64,000 nucleotides of DNA from assembly GCA_963716985.1 (NCBI GenBank), contig OY970323.1, forward strand, positions 1,760,001 to 1,824,000. The letters run 5' to 3'. Under the pieces are notes generated by a model. The model did no database searches and was not told the origin of the DNA. It worked only from the letters and a program-made list of their open reading frames with translations. Of the stretch, positions 1-10,231 are shown piece after piece; position 1 is the stretch's first letter; each line of letters starts with the position of its first letter. A program made the position numbers and the translations under genes. Source of the stretch: an uncultured bacterium. Its GTDB lineage: Bacteria; Chlamydiota; Chlamydiia; Chlamydiales; SM23-39.

Positions 1-698
1 GGCTGAAAATGAATGCAGCCCTGTTCGATTTCCCGGCCGAAAAGCGTCCTGGTCAAAGGGGACGTACTGCACAGAAAGGCGTCAAATTGCAAAATTTTAA
101 ACAGATGCTATCTCTGAAGGGATTGCCCTGGAAAGAAATGGAAGTAGTCGGTTACGGCGGAGAGAAACGGGTAGCTCGCGTGCTGTCTAACACATGTATG
201 TGGGGAGCCGATGGAGCGACTCCTATTCCCATCCGATGGACTTTGGTGGTGGATCCTACAGGAAAACTTGATCCTCTACCTCTTATGAGCACAGATCCAC
301 TCATGACGGCAGAACGTATGATAGAATTATTTATCGATCGCTGGGGACTTGAGGTCACATTCGAAGAAACACGCGAACATCTTGGCGTAGAGACCCAGCG
401 GCAATGGTCGGATCGAGCAATAGCCCGATCGACTCCCATATTGATGGGGCTATATAGTTGTGTATGCCTAATGGCAAATCGATTGGGACAGGTAAAGTTG
501 CTGAAAGTAGAGGCAACTGCTTGGCACCAAAAAGAACAAGTCACATTTTCCGATATGTTGAGGGCTGTGCGCATGGTAATATGGAGGGATAATTTAATTT
601 CCGGGAAGGCTAAAATCACCCCTTCCGTGGAAAATATTACTCCAGAAATGGTGGATTGGATGGATGATATAGTAAGACGAATGCTTCAGGCGGCCTGA
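1..698 (+). CDS. IS701/IS4-like DDE transposase, C-terminal part (5' end probably outside window)
   Basis: Motif RWGLEVTFEETREHLGVETQRQW (RW-x-E, third DDE residue) and TFSDML. The element probably ends near AAAGTCGAG at ~727. Confidence 0.8.
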   Translation, partial: LKMNAALFDFPAEKRPGQRGRTAQKGVKLQNFKQMLSLKGLPWKEMEVVGYGGEKRVARVLSNTCMWGADGATPIPIRWTLVVDPTGKLDPLPLMSTDPLMTAERMIELFIDRWGLEVTFEETREHLGVETQRQWSDRAIARSTPILMGLYSCVCLMANRLGQVKLLKVEATAWHQKEQVTFSDMLRAVRMVIWRDNLISGKAKITPSVENITPEMVDWMDDIVRRMLQAA

Positions 699-891
699 GC
701 TAAGCCGCTAAAAGTTGCAAAGTCGAGATCATTCTATTTATAGCGCAGATATGCTAATGAATCATTACCCAAGCATCAGGAGGAGCACATTATAGTTTTT
801 GAACTTATAATAATTTTTTTTAAAAATTGACAAAGTAAAATTTATTTATTAATTTTCTCTGCCTTCAAGTTTTTCACAAAGGAGGTCTAAA

Positions 892-1296
892 ATGAGTATT
901 GATGCAATTGATTCAGCAACATTTATTCAAGACGCAGCCATTGGTGAAGAAATAGTAAAAGAATCCTTCGAGGACAAAGCTTCCGAGACTTCTTCTCTTG
1001 TTCAAAAATGCATGAAAAATAAAACCTTCTCCCATTGTGATTCATTAAAACCTGCAATCGTTTTATGCAGGGAGAAAGAGACCAATTCCTCAAGTGATAA
1101 CCAAAAGGGGGAATGGCATGGAGGTTATGGGGGCAATGCAAAAATGGATGAGCAAGGAAAGAAGTCTCTTAATTTCGATGCTCACCAGGAATATAAAGAC
1201 CAAAATTCAGGATCGAGCACTCGAGTTAGAGAATCCATATCCGTTGATGAAAAAGGAAAAGTATCTGGCCAGGTCGGTGTAGACCATACTTGGTAG
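892..1296 (+). CDS. hypothetical protein, 134 aa
   Basis: GGAGG RBS just upstream, AT-rich promoter region, no recognised motif. Confidence 0.65.
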   Translation: MSIDAIDSATFIQDAAIGEEIVKESFEDKASETSSLVQKCMKNKTFSHCDSLKPAIVLCREKETNSSSDNQKGEWHGGYGGNAKMDEQGKKSLNFDAHQEYKDQNSGSSTRVRESISVDEKGKVSGQVGVDHTW

Positions 1297-1378
1297 TTTT
1301 TCTATGCAAACATGCGAAATTTAGGGAGCGGGCTTGATCGCTCCCTAATATGTAGAAAAAGTTTTTTGCCAAGAGGCC

Positions 1379-2329
1379 TTGATGACAAAAAGAAAATATC
1401 TTGCATTCTTAACAATTTTGATTTTTTTGGGATGCGCGTCAGCCTTAATTTGGCGTTTTTCTCTTCCAAAAAATCACTGCGCAATTCCTATTCACTTTTT
1501 ACCCTGTTTCGATACTCCCTGTACGATTGCTGAAGTTGAGGGACGCGAATATTGTTTAATATTTGATTTGGGAATGGGACTTCCCTGCGCTCTTCACAAA
1601 AAAATCTTAGAAACTTTCAAGAAAGAATCTTATGGAACGGCTTCATGGAGTGACTTTAAGGGAAATAAATACAAATCCCCCATCTATACCATTCCAAAAT
1701 TCAAAATTGGGAAAGCAACATTTACACATATGCGGATTCATGAGGAAAGCCAGGATTTTGCAAGCAACGTTATTTCTTCTCTTCCGGGCAATATAAAAGA
1801 TAAAGAAGAGTATGACGATCAAATTGACGGATTTTTAGGATTGGGTTTGTTTCTTGAGACAAAATTACCTGCGCTTTTTTTGGACTTAAACCATTCTACA
1901 GTATTCATGATCGAGAATATCAACGACTTTGATGAGAATAGATATTCCATTAAGAATATGGTTAAAATCCCTTTGGAAAGAGCACACTCTTGCCTTGCGA
2001 TCGAGGTGGACACAGATTTCGGAAAAAAAAGATTCCTCCTAGACACGGGAGCTACTGAGAATTTGATCAATTCTTCTCTACTCTCTGATGCTTTTTCTGT
2101 CGAAAGCTCCCCGCAGGGAAAAGAGCTTCTGTTTACTTCTTTCAAATTTCAGATCGGGGGTAAGAATTTTGGAAACGAAAAATTCTCCCCTTCCTCGATC
2201 AGCCCTGCTTTTAACGATATCGATGGAATTTTAGGGATGTCCTTTTTTAGAAAATATGCAGTTTTTTTGGATTTTAATAACAACCTCGCCTATATCGGCC
2301 CGAGTCAGGCTAAAAATTCAAGAAACTGA
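1379..2329 (+). CDS. two-domain retropepsin-like aspartyl protease with N-terminal signal/anchor
   Basis: LIFDLG...DGFLGL and FLLDTGA...DGILGMSFF motifs; hydrophobic N-terminus. Confidence 0.8.
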   Translation: MMTKRKYLAFLTILIFLGCASALIWRFSLPKNHCAIPIHFLPCFDTPCTIAEVEGREYCLIFDLGMGLPCALHKKILETFKKESYGTASWSDFKGNKYKSPIYTIPKFKIGKATFTHMRIHEESQDFASNVISSLPGNIKDKEEYDDQIDGFLGLGLFLETKLPALFLDLNHSTVFMIENINDFDENRYSIKNMVKIPLERAHSCLAIEVDTDFGKKRFLLDTGATENLINSSLLSDAFSVESSPQGKELLFTSFKFQIGGKNFGNEKFSPSSISPAFNDIDGILGMSFFRKYAVFLDFNNNLAYIGPSQAKNSRN

Positions 2330-2600
2330 TCAAGAAAAATGAGAAAAGTAAATTTTTCTCTCGCGGTCAGTATGTCCATTTTCTCTGGACTTAATGGCTG
2401 TGCAATTCCTTGTTCTATTCGCTCCTTCACTCTCCCAAGTCTTTTTGCGGGAAAATGCATGCATTGCTTTTCAGAGAAAGGAAGGTTCGTGTCAAAGAAA
2501 AAGACTGGTATGATTTTGTTTGGGTTTTTTCTCCAAAAATACCACTGCATTTAGCTCATTTGGAAGCTCGGATACGGCAGACTTTGATTCCAAAGATTTC

Positions 2601-3821
2601 CTATTTTTGAGAGGCCATTGCATCTGCCGCAATCCACCCCGATGTCCAGCCGTGCTGCAGATTGAATCCCCCCGTCCTCCCGTCGACATCTAAAATTTCT
2701 CCCGCAAAGTAGAGGCGAGGAACATTGCGGCTCTCAAAGGTCTTGCAATCTACCTCTTTCAAACAAACGCCTCCGCAAAGAACAAATTCTCCCTTGTCCG
2801 ATCTCCTGTTTTTGATTCGGTAAAGGTCCTCGGTGAGTTTTTCTGCAAGAAGTTGCAGCGATTTGTCCGCAAGATGAGTCATCAAACAATCCTCCGAAAT
2901 GCGGCAAAGCTCCAAAAACTTTTTCCAAAGACGCTGCGATAAGCCAAACAGAGCAGTTTTTCCCATTCGTGTCAGAGGTTTTTCCCTTTTAAGTTTTTTT
3001 AATAGAGAAAAAGACTCTTCTTTTTTCATGCTGCCAAGCCAATCGACCAAAAGCTCTGCTTGATAGGATCTCTCAGACAAAAATCGCGCCGCCCAAGAGG
3101 AAAGATTCAAAATGCTAGGGCCGCTAAAGCCAAAATGGGTGATGAGAAGCGACCCCGTCTCTTTGAACGGTGTTTCCTTCATTGAAACAAGAGCGCTATC
3201 GACACTCACCCCGGATAAATCTTTTAAAGCAAACGAATCGATCTCAAAGGAAAAGAGCGAAGGAACAGTCGCCACAATCCGATGACCCAAAGATGCGGCA
3301 AGGGAATGCCCGTCTGAACTATTTCCCGAGGCCAAAAGAAGAAAATCAGAAAAGAGCAAATCCCCCGTCTTCAAGGAAAGTTCAAATCCTTCTTTTTTTC
3401 TTTCGATGGAAACAATCTCCTGTCCGAATCGAACATCCACTTGAAGGCGCTCTAGCTCTTGTGAAAGACAATCCACAATGGTTTTGGCTTTTCCGCTTTG
3501 GGGAAACACCCGCCCATTTTCTTCGACTTTGAGAAAAACGCCATGTGCTTCAAACCAGTCCATTGCATCTTTCGAAGAAAATCGTGAAAAACTGGAGAGC
3601 AGCTCTTTTCTCCCTCTTGGATAATTTTGCGCAAAAGAGTGCAAGTCAAACGTCGCATTAGTGAGATTGCATCTCCCTCCGCCTGTGAGAAGAACCTTGC
3701 TCAATAGAGCGTCTGTTTTTTCCAAAAGAATGACCGAAAGGCCTCTTTCAGCTGCCCGAATCGCGGCAAATACTCCAGCAGCACCTCCACCCACAATGAT
3801 CAGTTTTTTCGACTTATTCAT
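2601..3821 (-). CDS. HI0933/BaiN family NAD(P)/FAD-dependent oxidoreductase
   Basis: IVGGGAAG, TGGGRCNLTN, THFGFSGP, LYFAGEILDVDGRTGGFNLQ. Confidence 0.92.
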   Translation of the reverse strand: MNKSKKLIIVGGGAAGVFAAIRAAERGLSVILLEKTDALLSKVLLTGGGRCNLTNATFDLHSFAQNYPRGRKELLSSFSRFSSKDAMDWFEAHGVFLKVEENGRVFPQSGKAKTIVDCLSQELERLQVDVRFGQEIVSIERKKEGFELSLKTGDLLFSDFLLLASGNSSDGHSLAASLGHRIVATVPSLFSFEIDSFALKDLSGVSVDSALVSMKETPFKETGSLLITHFGFSGPSILNLSSWAARFLSERSYQAELLVDWLGSMKKEESFSLLKKLKREKPLTRMGKTALFGLSQRLWKKFLELCRISEDCLMTHLADKSLQLLAEKLTEDLYRIKNRRSDKGEFVLCGGVCLKEVDCKTFESRNVPRLYFAGEILDVDGRTGGFNLQHGWTSGWIAADAMASQK

Positions 3822-4276
3822 AACGTGTTTAAAAACATGTAAATGAAATACTTAAAGTTAGGAAACAATCATAACGGGCTTGATGGTTTGATTGCACCAA
3901 AGAGTTTTTAAAATACTTTTTTTTGAATTTTCCGGACATTGCTGAGATGCCGGCAAAATCAGCTGAATTATAGTGTAAATACTATAGATTTTTTATATTT
4001 ATATTCCCTATAAGCATAAAAAATATTGAATATTGGACTTTACGACTTAGGTATTAAAAAGGGTTGTTTTTCTCTATGGAAAATCGAGTATTACCCTAAT
4101 ATCGTGTTTTAAAATTTTGCATATGCCTTTAGACATATCTGTAGGGGCATTTACGCAAATCATTTCTTTGTTTTTTTACGCTAACCCGGAAAGTCCCGCT
4201 AAGCTATTTTCTTTTATGGTCTGCTGTCAAATATTGCCACTTTTGGGACCCAAGTGGGCCATAAGTGTGCCGATGC

Positions 4277-5140
4277 TTAAACTGGTGGCAAAAGAATATT
4301 TTGAGGAAGATCACTAGAATTTTGCAAAGCCTTTTCATCCTGGCTTTTGATTCTCCTTTCTAGTTTCTTGACATCTTCTTCCGGAGGCAATTCTTCAGGA
4401 TAGATGTTGCTCTTTGCTAACACTTGCCGAACGTCTTGATTATTTTTTTCATGCTCTTTCGTAATTTGAAGCTCTCCCTGCAAATTTTCTTTTTTTACAT
4501 TAAAGTGAGTTATTTCAGCTGCAAAATCTTTAGCCTTGATTGTGATGGTAGGCAAAAAATCAGCAAGGGGCCGGGTAGTAGGGACTCCCAGTTTTTTCTT
4601 CATTTGTATGGTAGTGCGCCCACCAAAAAGAGCTTGATCTCCTCTGCTGCGAACGCGCGCGAACCCTTGATCATCAATACCATGTTCATAAAGAGTTGTT
4701 GACAGCTCTTTTTCTGTGTGCATAAGCTTTCTTCGAGCTTCAAGACGTTCCCATTCACGAATACGCTTCTCTAAAATTTCTTGTTTTCTTGTCTGAATTG
4801 CAAAGTAAGTCTGAGCAAAAGCTATGCTTTCTTTACGCGAGTCCCCGTTTTGAGCAATCAAATAACAGGCATAACGAGAAAGAACTATATCCAAAACCTC
4901 TCGCACCCCTTCTGAGCCAATCATCACCATTCTGTTGACCTCAACAAAATGGTCATCAAGAGAGCGTCCAGAATTTTGGCAAGCAATTTTTGCTTTTTCA
5001 ATCACCTTACAGAAGTTTCGCCATTCTTCATACTCCAGTAGTTTTTGAAGATCTCTAGCCATCCAATATTCGATCTCTGCTTCTATGTGGACGCTTTCTT
5101 CAAAATTTTTCGTTAGTTTTACAAGAGTATCTTTCTTCAT
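4277..5140 (-). CDS. dinD: DNA damage-inducible protein D (BRO-N-like)
   Basis: YWMARDLQKLLEY, LSRYACYLIAQNGD, FAQTYFAIQTRKQE, GDQALFGG. Start set to ATG 5140 (MKKDT). Confidence 0.88.
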   Translation of the reverse strand: MKKDTLVKLTKNFEESVHIEAEIEYWMARDLQKLLEYEEWRNFCKVIEKAKIACQNSGRSLDDHFVEVNRMVMIGSEGVREVLDIVLSRYACYLIAQNGDSRKESIAFAQTYFAIQTRKQEILEKRIREWERLEARRKLMHTEKELSTTLYEHGIDDQGFARVRSRGDQALFGGRTTIQMKKKLGVPTTRPLADFLPTITIKAKDFAAEITHFNVKKENLQGELQITKEHEKNNQDVRQVLAKSNIYPEELPPEEDVKKLERRIKSQDEKALQNSSDLPQNILLPPV

Positions 5141-5258
5141 CGAGCACCTCAAATGCATAAAAATGCTGGAACAACTCACAAATTTACCAGAGAAAAGAAT
5201 ATATAATAAAATGAAAAAGGCAGCCAGGGTTTTCACTCTAACTGCCTCTTAATCAGAA

Positions 5259-5352
5259 CTCCGGATGTGAGATTCGAACCTACGACGGGTTAGAGCAGGA
5301 ATGAGTTAAACTATGCCTACTCTAACCCTATGCAATATTATAAGCTCTACCG
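5259..5352 (-). pseudogene. degenerate tRNA-like remnant (Asn-like 3' half) with inserted hairpin
   Basis: Minus strand reads GTCGTAGGTTCGAATCTCACATCCGGAG (T-loop and acceptor 3' strand, T-stem mismatched), with CGGTAGAGC (D-loop-like) at 5344-5352. No 5' acceptor strand is present. Confidence 0.45.
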
Positions 5353-5389
5353 AGAATAACACGTCTGTCTGCCAAAAAAATCTTATGAC

Positions 5390-6199
5390 TTAATTAGATT
5401 TCAAAGGCCCGCTCACCTTCTCCCAGCTAAAAGTCACATTTTCTTTGCGTGTGCGGTCATAGCGCACTTGAACGCCGATGTAGGGATTGCCATGTTGATT
5501 ATCAAAATCTCTTCCTTCCTGTTTTTTATAAAGCTTGATGAATATTTCTTTGTTATACCAAGGAAGAGTCGAGACGTTCGTCTGCTTTTGAAAGCGTTGA
5601 AAATGGGTAAACTCCGGCTGTTTTTTCGTTAGAGGGTCTTGCTGATAATACTCTTGTAGAATACCCACGATCTTTTCCGGCTCATTCTCCATTCCGGCAA
5701 CGTAAAAATCCACCTCGGCTCCCATCATGTGCTTGGAGCTCATATTTTCTTTGGATGGATCTGCGTAGGTATTATGGCGCAAACACCTGTGGCCGCAAGT
5801 GATCACTACCCGTTTTTGCGTCTTTTTTTGCACATAGTTCAAAAGATCTGGAAGAATTGGATAAACCCCTTCTTTCCCCTGAATGAAGGGCAAAGGATGC
5901 CTTTTTCCCCCTTCGCAATCCACAACCACTTCTTGATTGTCTAAACGAATCGTTTGCGGACTTGCTGCGCTACCTTTGCAGCGAAAATATTCTTTTGTGA
6001 TTTTCGCAAAGGCTTGATCTTTTCCCTTTTCCCAAGGATAGGGCTCTCGCTTTCTCGAGCAAGGAGTGGTGAGAAAAAAATAAAAATCCTTCGATTTTCT
6101 TCGAATATCTTCCGGCTTTTCTAAAGCTGACTCTGCCCAGGTAAAATCTCCCTGTATGAAGAAGAGAAAAAAAAGAAAAAAGATCCCGTTCTTTTTCAT
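5390..6199 (-). CDS. exported protein with Peptidase M15 (D-Ala-D-Ala carboxypeptidase)-like Zn motif
   Basis: ITCGHRC..HN and SKHMMGAEVDF; signal peptide after MKKNG; divergent from ctcB. Confidence 0.65.
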   Translation of the reverse strand: MKKNGIFFLFFLFFIQGDFTWAESALEKPEDIRRKSKDFYFFLTTPCSRKREPYPWEKGKDQAFAKITKEYFRCKGSAASPQTIRLDNQEVVVDCEGGKRHPLPFIQGKEGVYPILPDLLNYVQKKTQKRVVITCGHRCLRHNTYADPSKENMSSKHMMGAEVDFYVAGMENEPEKIVGILQEYYQQDPLTKKQPEFTHFQRFQKQTNVSTLPWYNKEIFIKLYKKQEGRDFDNQHGNPYIGVQVRYDRTRKENVTFSWEKVSGPLKSN

Positions 6200-6285
6200 G
6201 GAAAATCTCGTTTTCGAATCAATATTTGTGGAATATAGCACAATTTCTTATAGTTCAAAATAGAACACATTCTTCTTTTTTGGCG

Positions 6286-7560
6286 ATGCATCATTCTCTT
6301 TTAAACCAGATCCAGCAGGCTGCGGATCTTGCCCTAAAAAGCGCAACACTCGACGAGGGCGTCCGCCATCTTGCCACCGCTTTTTCTCTTTTTTCCGAAG
6401 AGGCCAAACGCTTAGAAAGCGGATATGAAAGACTGCAAGAGCGATTCAAAGAGGTGCGCGCAGAGCTTGAAAAAACCAACCTTACGCTGCGTCAAAAAAA
6501 CCTCGAGCTCCACACTCTGTCCGGATACTTGAACAACATCTTAAAAAACATTTCGCAGGGCATTCTTTTCATTGATAGCGAAGGGAGCATCACGACCTTT
6601 AACGAAGCCGCAGAATCGATTTTAGAAAAAAAAAGCGCATCCATTCTTTTCACCAATTTTTGGGACCATTTTGCCGATGATTTCTTCGGATTTTCCATCC
6701 GCCACGCCCTTGCCTTTGGCTTGTCGCAAAACCTTACCTACATCAACCTCTCTCTTCTCGAGGGACAGAAGAAAGAGGTCGAGGTTTCTGCAAGCTACGT
6801 TTACGATGCTCCCAAAAAATATCAGGGCATCATCCTTCTTTTTCGCGACGTGACCAAATTGCAAAAACTGCAAGCGATTGCCAATCGCAACGACCGCATG
6901 AAGGAGCTTGGAGAAATGGCCGCCTCCGTTGCCCATGAGGTACGCAATCCGCTCGGAGGAATTCGAGGATATGCCTCCCTTCTCTACCGCGATCTGGAGG
7001 CCTCTCCTCATCTGCAAGAGATGGCAAGCTTCATCATCGAGGGGACAAAAACGCTGGAAAGGCTCGTAAATAACGTATTACAATTCTCTCGCCCGATCCA
7101 TTTGCAATCCACCCTGATCGATCTTGGAAAATTCTTAAAAGAGATCTGCAAATTCATTAAAGTCGACCCCTCCTTTCCCGAAAACGTCACTATGAATTTG
7201 CATCTTTCGCCGGAACCACTATATGCTCCGATCGATAAGGAACTTTTGCAATCGGCTCTTTTAAATCTCTTCGTCAACGCTCTGCAAGCCATGGAGGATA
7301 AGGGAGGATCTTTGACCGTTTCTCTTTGGAAAAACAACGACTCTTCCGTCATCACCGTGGCTGATACAGGCAAGGGAATCGAGGCCAAAGATCTAGAAAA
7401 AATCTTCTCTCCCTTTTTTACGACAAAACAGACGGGAACCGGCCTCGGCCTATCGGAAGCCTATAAAATCATCCAGGCGCATCTAGGCCAGATCGACGTT
7501 CGATCAAAAATCGGAGCCGGCTCCACCTTTACCATTACTCTACCCTTAAAGAGATCGTAG
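6286..7560 (+). CDS. ctcB: PAS-domain sensor histidine kinase (AtoS/CtcB-like), soluble
   Basis: H-box [12 protein letters not shown]-box [27 protein letters not shown]; adjacent to an NtrC-type regulator. Confidence 0.9.
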   Translation: MHHSLLNQIQQAADLALKSATLDEGVRHLATAFSLFSEEAKRLESGYERLQERFKEVRAELEKTNLTLRQKNLELHTLSGYLNNILKNISQGILFIDSEGSITTFNEAAESILEKKSASILFTNFWDHFADDFFGFSIRHALAFGLSQNLTYINLSLLEGQKKEVEVSASYVYDAPKKYQGIILLFRDVTKLQKLQAIANRNDRMKELGEMAASVAHEVRNPLGGIRGYASLLYRDLEASPHLQEMASFIIEGTKTLERLVNNVLQFSRPIHLQSTLIDLGKFLKEICKFIKVDPSFPENVTMNLHLSPEPLYAPIDKELLQSALLNLFVNALQAMEDKGGSLTVSLWKNNDSSVITVADTGKGIEAKDLEKIFSPFFTTKQTGTGLGLSEAYKIIQAHLGQIDVRSKIGAGSTFTITLPLKRS

Positions 7561-7568
7561 GAAAAACC

Positions 7569-8915
7569 ATGTACATTCAAAAGATTCTCGTTGCAGATGA
7601 TGAACCGCTCATGAGAAACTTCTTAAAAGAAGTTCTCTTAAGACAAAAATTTACGGTTTTTCTTGCCGAAAATGGAAAAGAGGCCATTTCTCTTCTCGAA
7701 AAAGAGAGTTTTGATCTTGTCCTCACCGATATCAAAATGCCCGAAAAAACAGGCATCGATGTATTAAAATTTGCCAAAAGCCATACGCCCAATATCCTCG
7801 TCATCCTGATGACCGCATTCGGAAGCGTCGAGAATGCCGTAGAAGCTATGAAACTCGGCGCTTTCAACTATCTCATCAAGCCCTTTTCCCCGGAATCGAT
7901 CGAGACTTTGATCCAAAAAGCAGAAGAACAGCTCTTGCTCGCCGCAGAAAATCGCTACCTCAAGGAAAATCGAACCACCTCTCTGATTGCCGTATCGAAT
8001 CTAATGAAACAGCTCCTTTGCGATATTGAAAAAATTGCGAAGAGCAATGCCAGCGTCTTTATCAGCGGGGAGTCGGGAACGGGCAAAGAGGTGATTGCAC
8101 AAGCCATTCACGAGCTTTCACTCAGAAGCAAAAAACCCTTCATCAAAGTCAATTGCGCAGCCATTCCCGAATCGCTTCTCGAATCGGAATTTTTCGGCCA
8201 TGAAAAGGGATCTTTTACCGGTGCCAACGTGAGAAAAGAGGGGCGGTTTGAACTGGCAGACAACGGGACTCTTTTATTAGACGAAGTGACGGAAATCCCC
8301 GTTTCTTTGCAACCCAAACTTTTACGAGCGATTCAAGAACAGGAGTTTGAACGCGTAGGGGGTACGCGGAGCCTATCTGTCGACATTCGTTTCATTTCGA
8401 CAAGCAACCGCATGATGAAGCAAGCGATTGCCTCCAACCTCTTCCGCGAAGATCTTTTTTACCGCTTGAGCGTCATGCCGATCCATGTGCCCCCTCTGCG
8501 GGAGCGCCCCGAGGACATTCTGGCGCTTTCCCGGTATTTTTTAGATCGTTTCTGTCTGGAAAACCACAAACCCAAAAAAACGCTATCTCCGGACGCAGAA
8601 CAAAAACTGCTGGCCTACTCTTGGCCGGGAAACGTTCGAGAGCTTGCCAATATCATCGAGCGCACCGTCGTCATGGATTTTGCCCCCATCATTGCAAGCG
8701 AGCATCTCTACCTGGACGCCTCGCCTGCACAAACGCCGACTGTTTCTTTTTCCGGCATCTCTTTGGCCGAAATGGAAAAACGCCTCATCTTAGAAACGCT
8801 CCAAAAAGAAAAACAGAATCGCTCTAAAACCGCCAAAATTTTAGGAATTACCGTACGAACGCTGAGAAACAAGATCAAGGAATATAACGACTCTTCGCAA
8901 GGAAAACTCTTTTAA
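7569..8915 (+). CDS. ctcC: sigma-54-dependent response regulator (AtoC/CtcC, NtrC family)
   Basis: Receiver domain, GESGTGKE, GSFTGA (GAFTGA variant), LLLDEV, WPGNVREL, C-terminal Fis-type HTH. Confidence 0.93.
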   Translation: MYIQKILVADDEPLMRNFLKEVLLRQKFTVFLAENGKEAISLLEKESFDLVLTDIKMPEKTGIDVLKFAKSHTPNILVILMTAFGSVENAVEAMKLGAFNYLIKPFSPESIETLIQKAEEQLLLAAENRYLKENRTTSLIAVSNLMKQLLCDIEKIAKSNASVFISGESGTGKEVIAQAIHELSLRSKKPFIKVNCAAIPESLLESEFFGHEKGSFTGANVRKEGRFELADNGTLLLDEVTEIPVSLQPKLLRAIQEQEFERVGGTRSLSVDIRFISTSNRMMKQAIASNLFREDLFYRLSVMPIHVPPLRERPEDILALSRYFLDRFCLENHKPKKTLSPDAEQKLLAYSWPGNVRELANIIERTVVMDFAPIIASEHLYLDASPAQTPTVSFSGISLAEMEKRLILETLQKEKQNRSKTAKILGITVRTLRNKIKEYNDSSQGKLF

Positions 8916-9517
8916 CCGCTTCTTCTCAATCTCTTGGACTGATAATCGATGAGTATCTCTTCCATCGGTTCAATATCTCTTGTCGTTTCATATCCAAAAT
9001 AATAAAAGCCGTTATGCTCTACCCATCGAGTCTGCACGTTAGCGCACTGTCCAAGACCGTGAAAATCATTCACAAAGGTCAGCTCATTTGCGATCCTGCC
9101 CGAGTAGATATAGATCCAGACATGATTGAATAAAAGATGCCAACAATAGACCCCTGTCTGCTTGGAAACGGAGTGCTCGATCCCTTTTTTTGTTAAAAAA
9201 ACCTCTCCCACATATTCCCCAAGGAAGGTTTTTTTCAAAATACTTTCTTTCGCAAACACTCCATGTTGCGCATGCCCTTCAAAGACATCTTGTCCCGCAA
9301 GAGGATGGGGCAATGGCCCGTTATAAACAAACTCCCGCGTGATTTTTTGAATCAAGAGGGACGGATGCACGCTCTTTGTTTCTCTTTGAAAAGATGTCTT
9401 TGGAATCCTCTCAGAGTTTTTTGCCTTTAAATACTCCTGAAAAAACCGTTCATTCGCATCCCTGCAGATGCAAGTCTTAGAGTATTGAAATGCTTGTGGC
9501 CAATTTTCTGGCAACAT
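8912..9517 (-). CDS. SET-domain protein (putative lysine methyltransferase effector)
   Basis: GVFAKESI, FLGEYVGEV, FVND, RDIEPMEEILIDY. Start uncertain (9517 or 9544). Confidence 0.8.
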   Translation of the reverse strand: MLPENWPQAFQYSKTCICRDANERFFQEYLKAKNSERIPKTSFQRETKSVHPSLLIQKITREFVYNGPLPHPLAGQDVFEGHAQHGVFAKESILKKTFLGEYVGEVFLTKKGIEHSVSKQTGVYCWHLLFNHVWIYIYSGRIANELTFVNDFHGLGQCANVQTRWVEHNGFYYFGYETTRDIEPMEEILIDYQSKRLRRSG

Positions 9518-9639
9518 AGGATGCAGAGTCCGTGGTTCTCCCAATACATTTCTCTAATACCCCGGGCGGTTTTCATCAAATAAAATTTTATTGTGAAGCG
9601 AATGCGAACTCTCTCGTTGTGAATCTAAGTCTTTTCATA

Positions 9640-9990
9640 ACGAGCAATCCGACGTTGCATCAATCTAATTCCTGTCATGTAAATCATCGATTCACTGGTG
9701 ATCGCGCGATATCCATAATCTTTGCTTGCCTACGTATCGGTTAATCCTAAAAACGGCAGTTGAACCGCTCCGCATGACCTGAAAATTGTAAATTTCTCTC
9801 TCAGAAATAAATTCTATCTTGAACTTTCACGCCCACCCAATAGGTGAGTGGATAAATTTGAGCAATAACATTGATTTTTAGAGGAGAATCGCGAAAGTTT
9901 TGATTGTGCGGAGCGGTTCAACTGCCGTTTTTAGGTTAATCCAGGCAATTGAGCGTTCCACTACCCACTTTCGAGGAATCACTTCACAAT
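9640..9990 (-). pseudogene. IS5-family transposase C-terminal remnant, interrupted by a MITE
   Basis: EVIPRKWVVERSIAWIN (~9936-9990) continues after the insertion as RY..SKDYGYRAITSESMIYMTGIRLMQRRIA (~9640-9740, frameshifted). Confidence 0.75.
9746..9935. mobile_element. 190-bp non-autonomous MITE
   Basis: Perfect 29-bp TIRs CCTAAAAACGGCAGTTGAACCGCTCCGCA (9746-9774 / 9907-9935); 5-bp direct repeat TTAAT at 9741-9745 and 9936-9940. Confidence 0.92.
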
Positions 9991-10231
9991 TTACAAGTCG
10001 ACAATTTACTGAGAGGCTATGGAGAAGCATAAATTTGTGTTGCAGAAATTGGTGGCGATACACAAAAATTTACATCCAGGTTTTGCTACGGGTTTTAATC
10101 AAAATAGATTTCAAAAGGCTGGTGTACATGACAACTTTAAATGCCACCGAGCTTGCCACCCAACTCTCAACGCTTGCTGACTTTAAAAAACTCAGAAAAG
10201 ATCAACCACTGGCAAACGGCAAAGGTCACAA

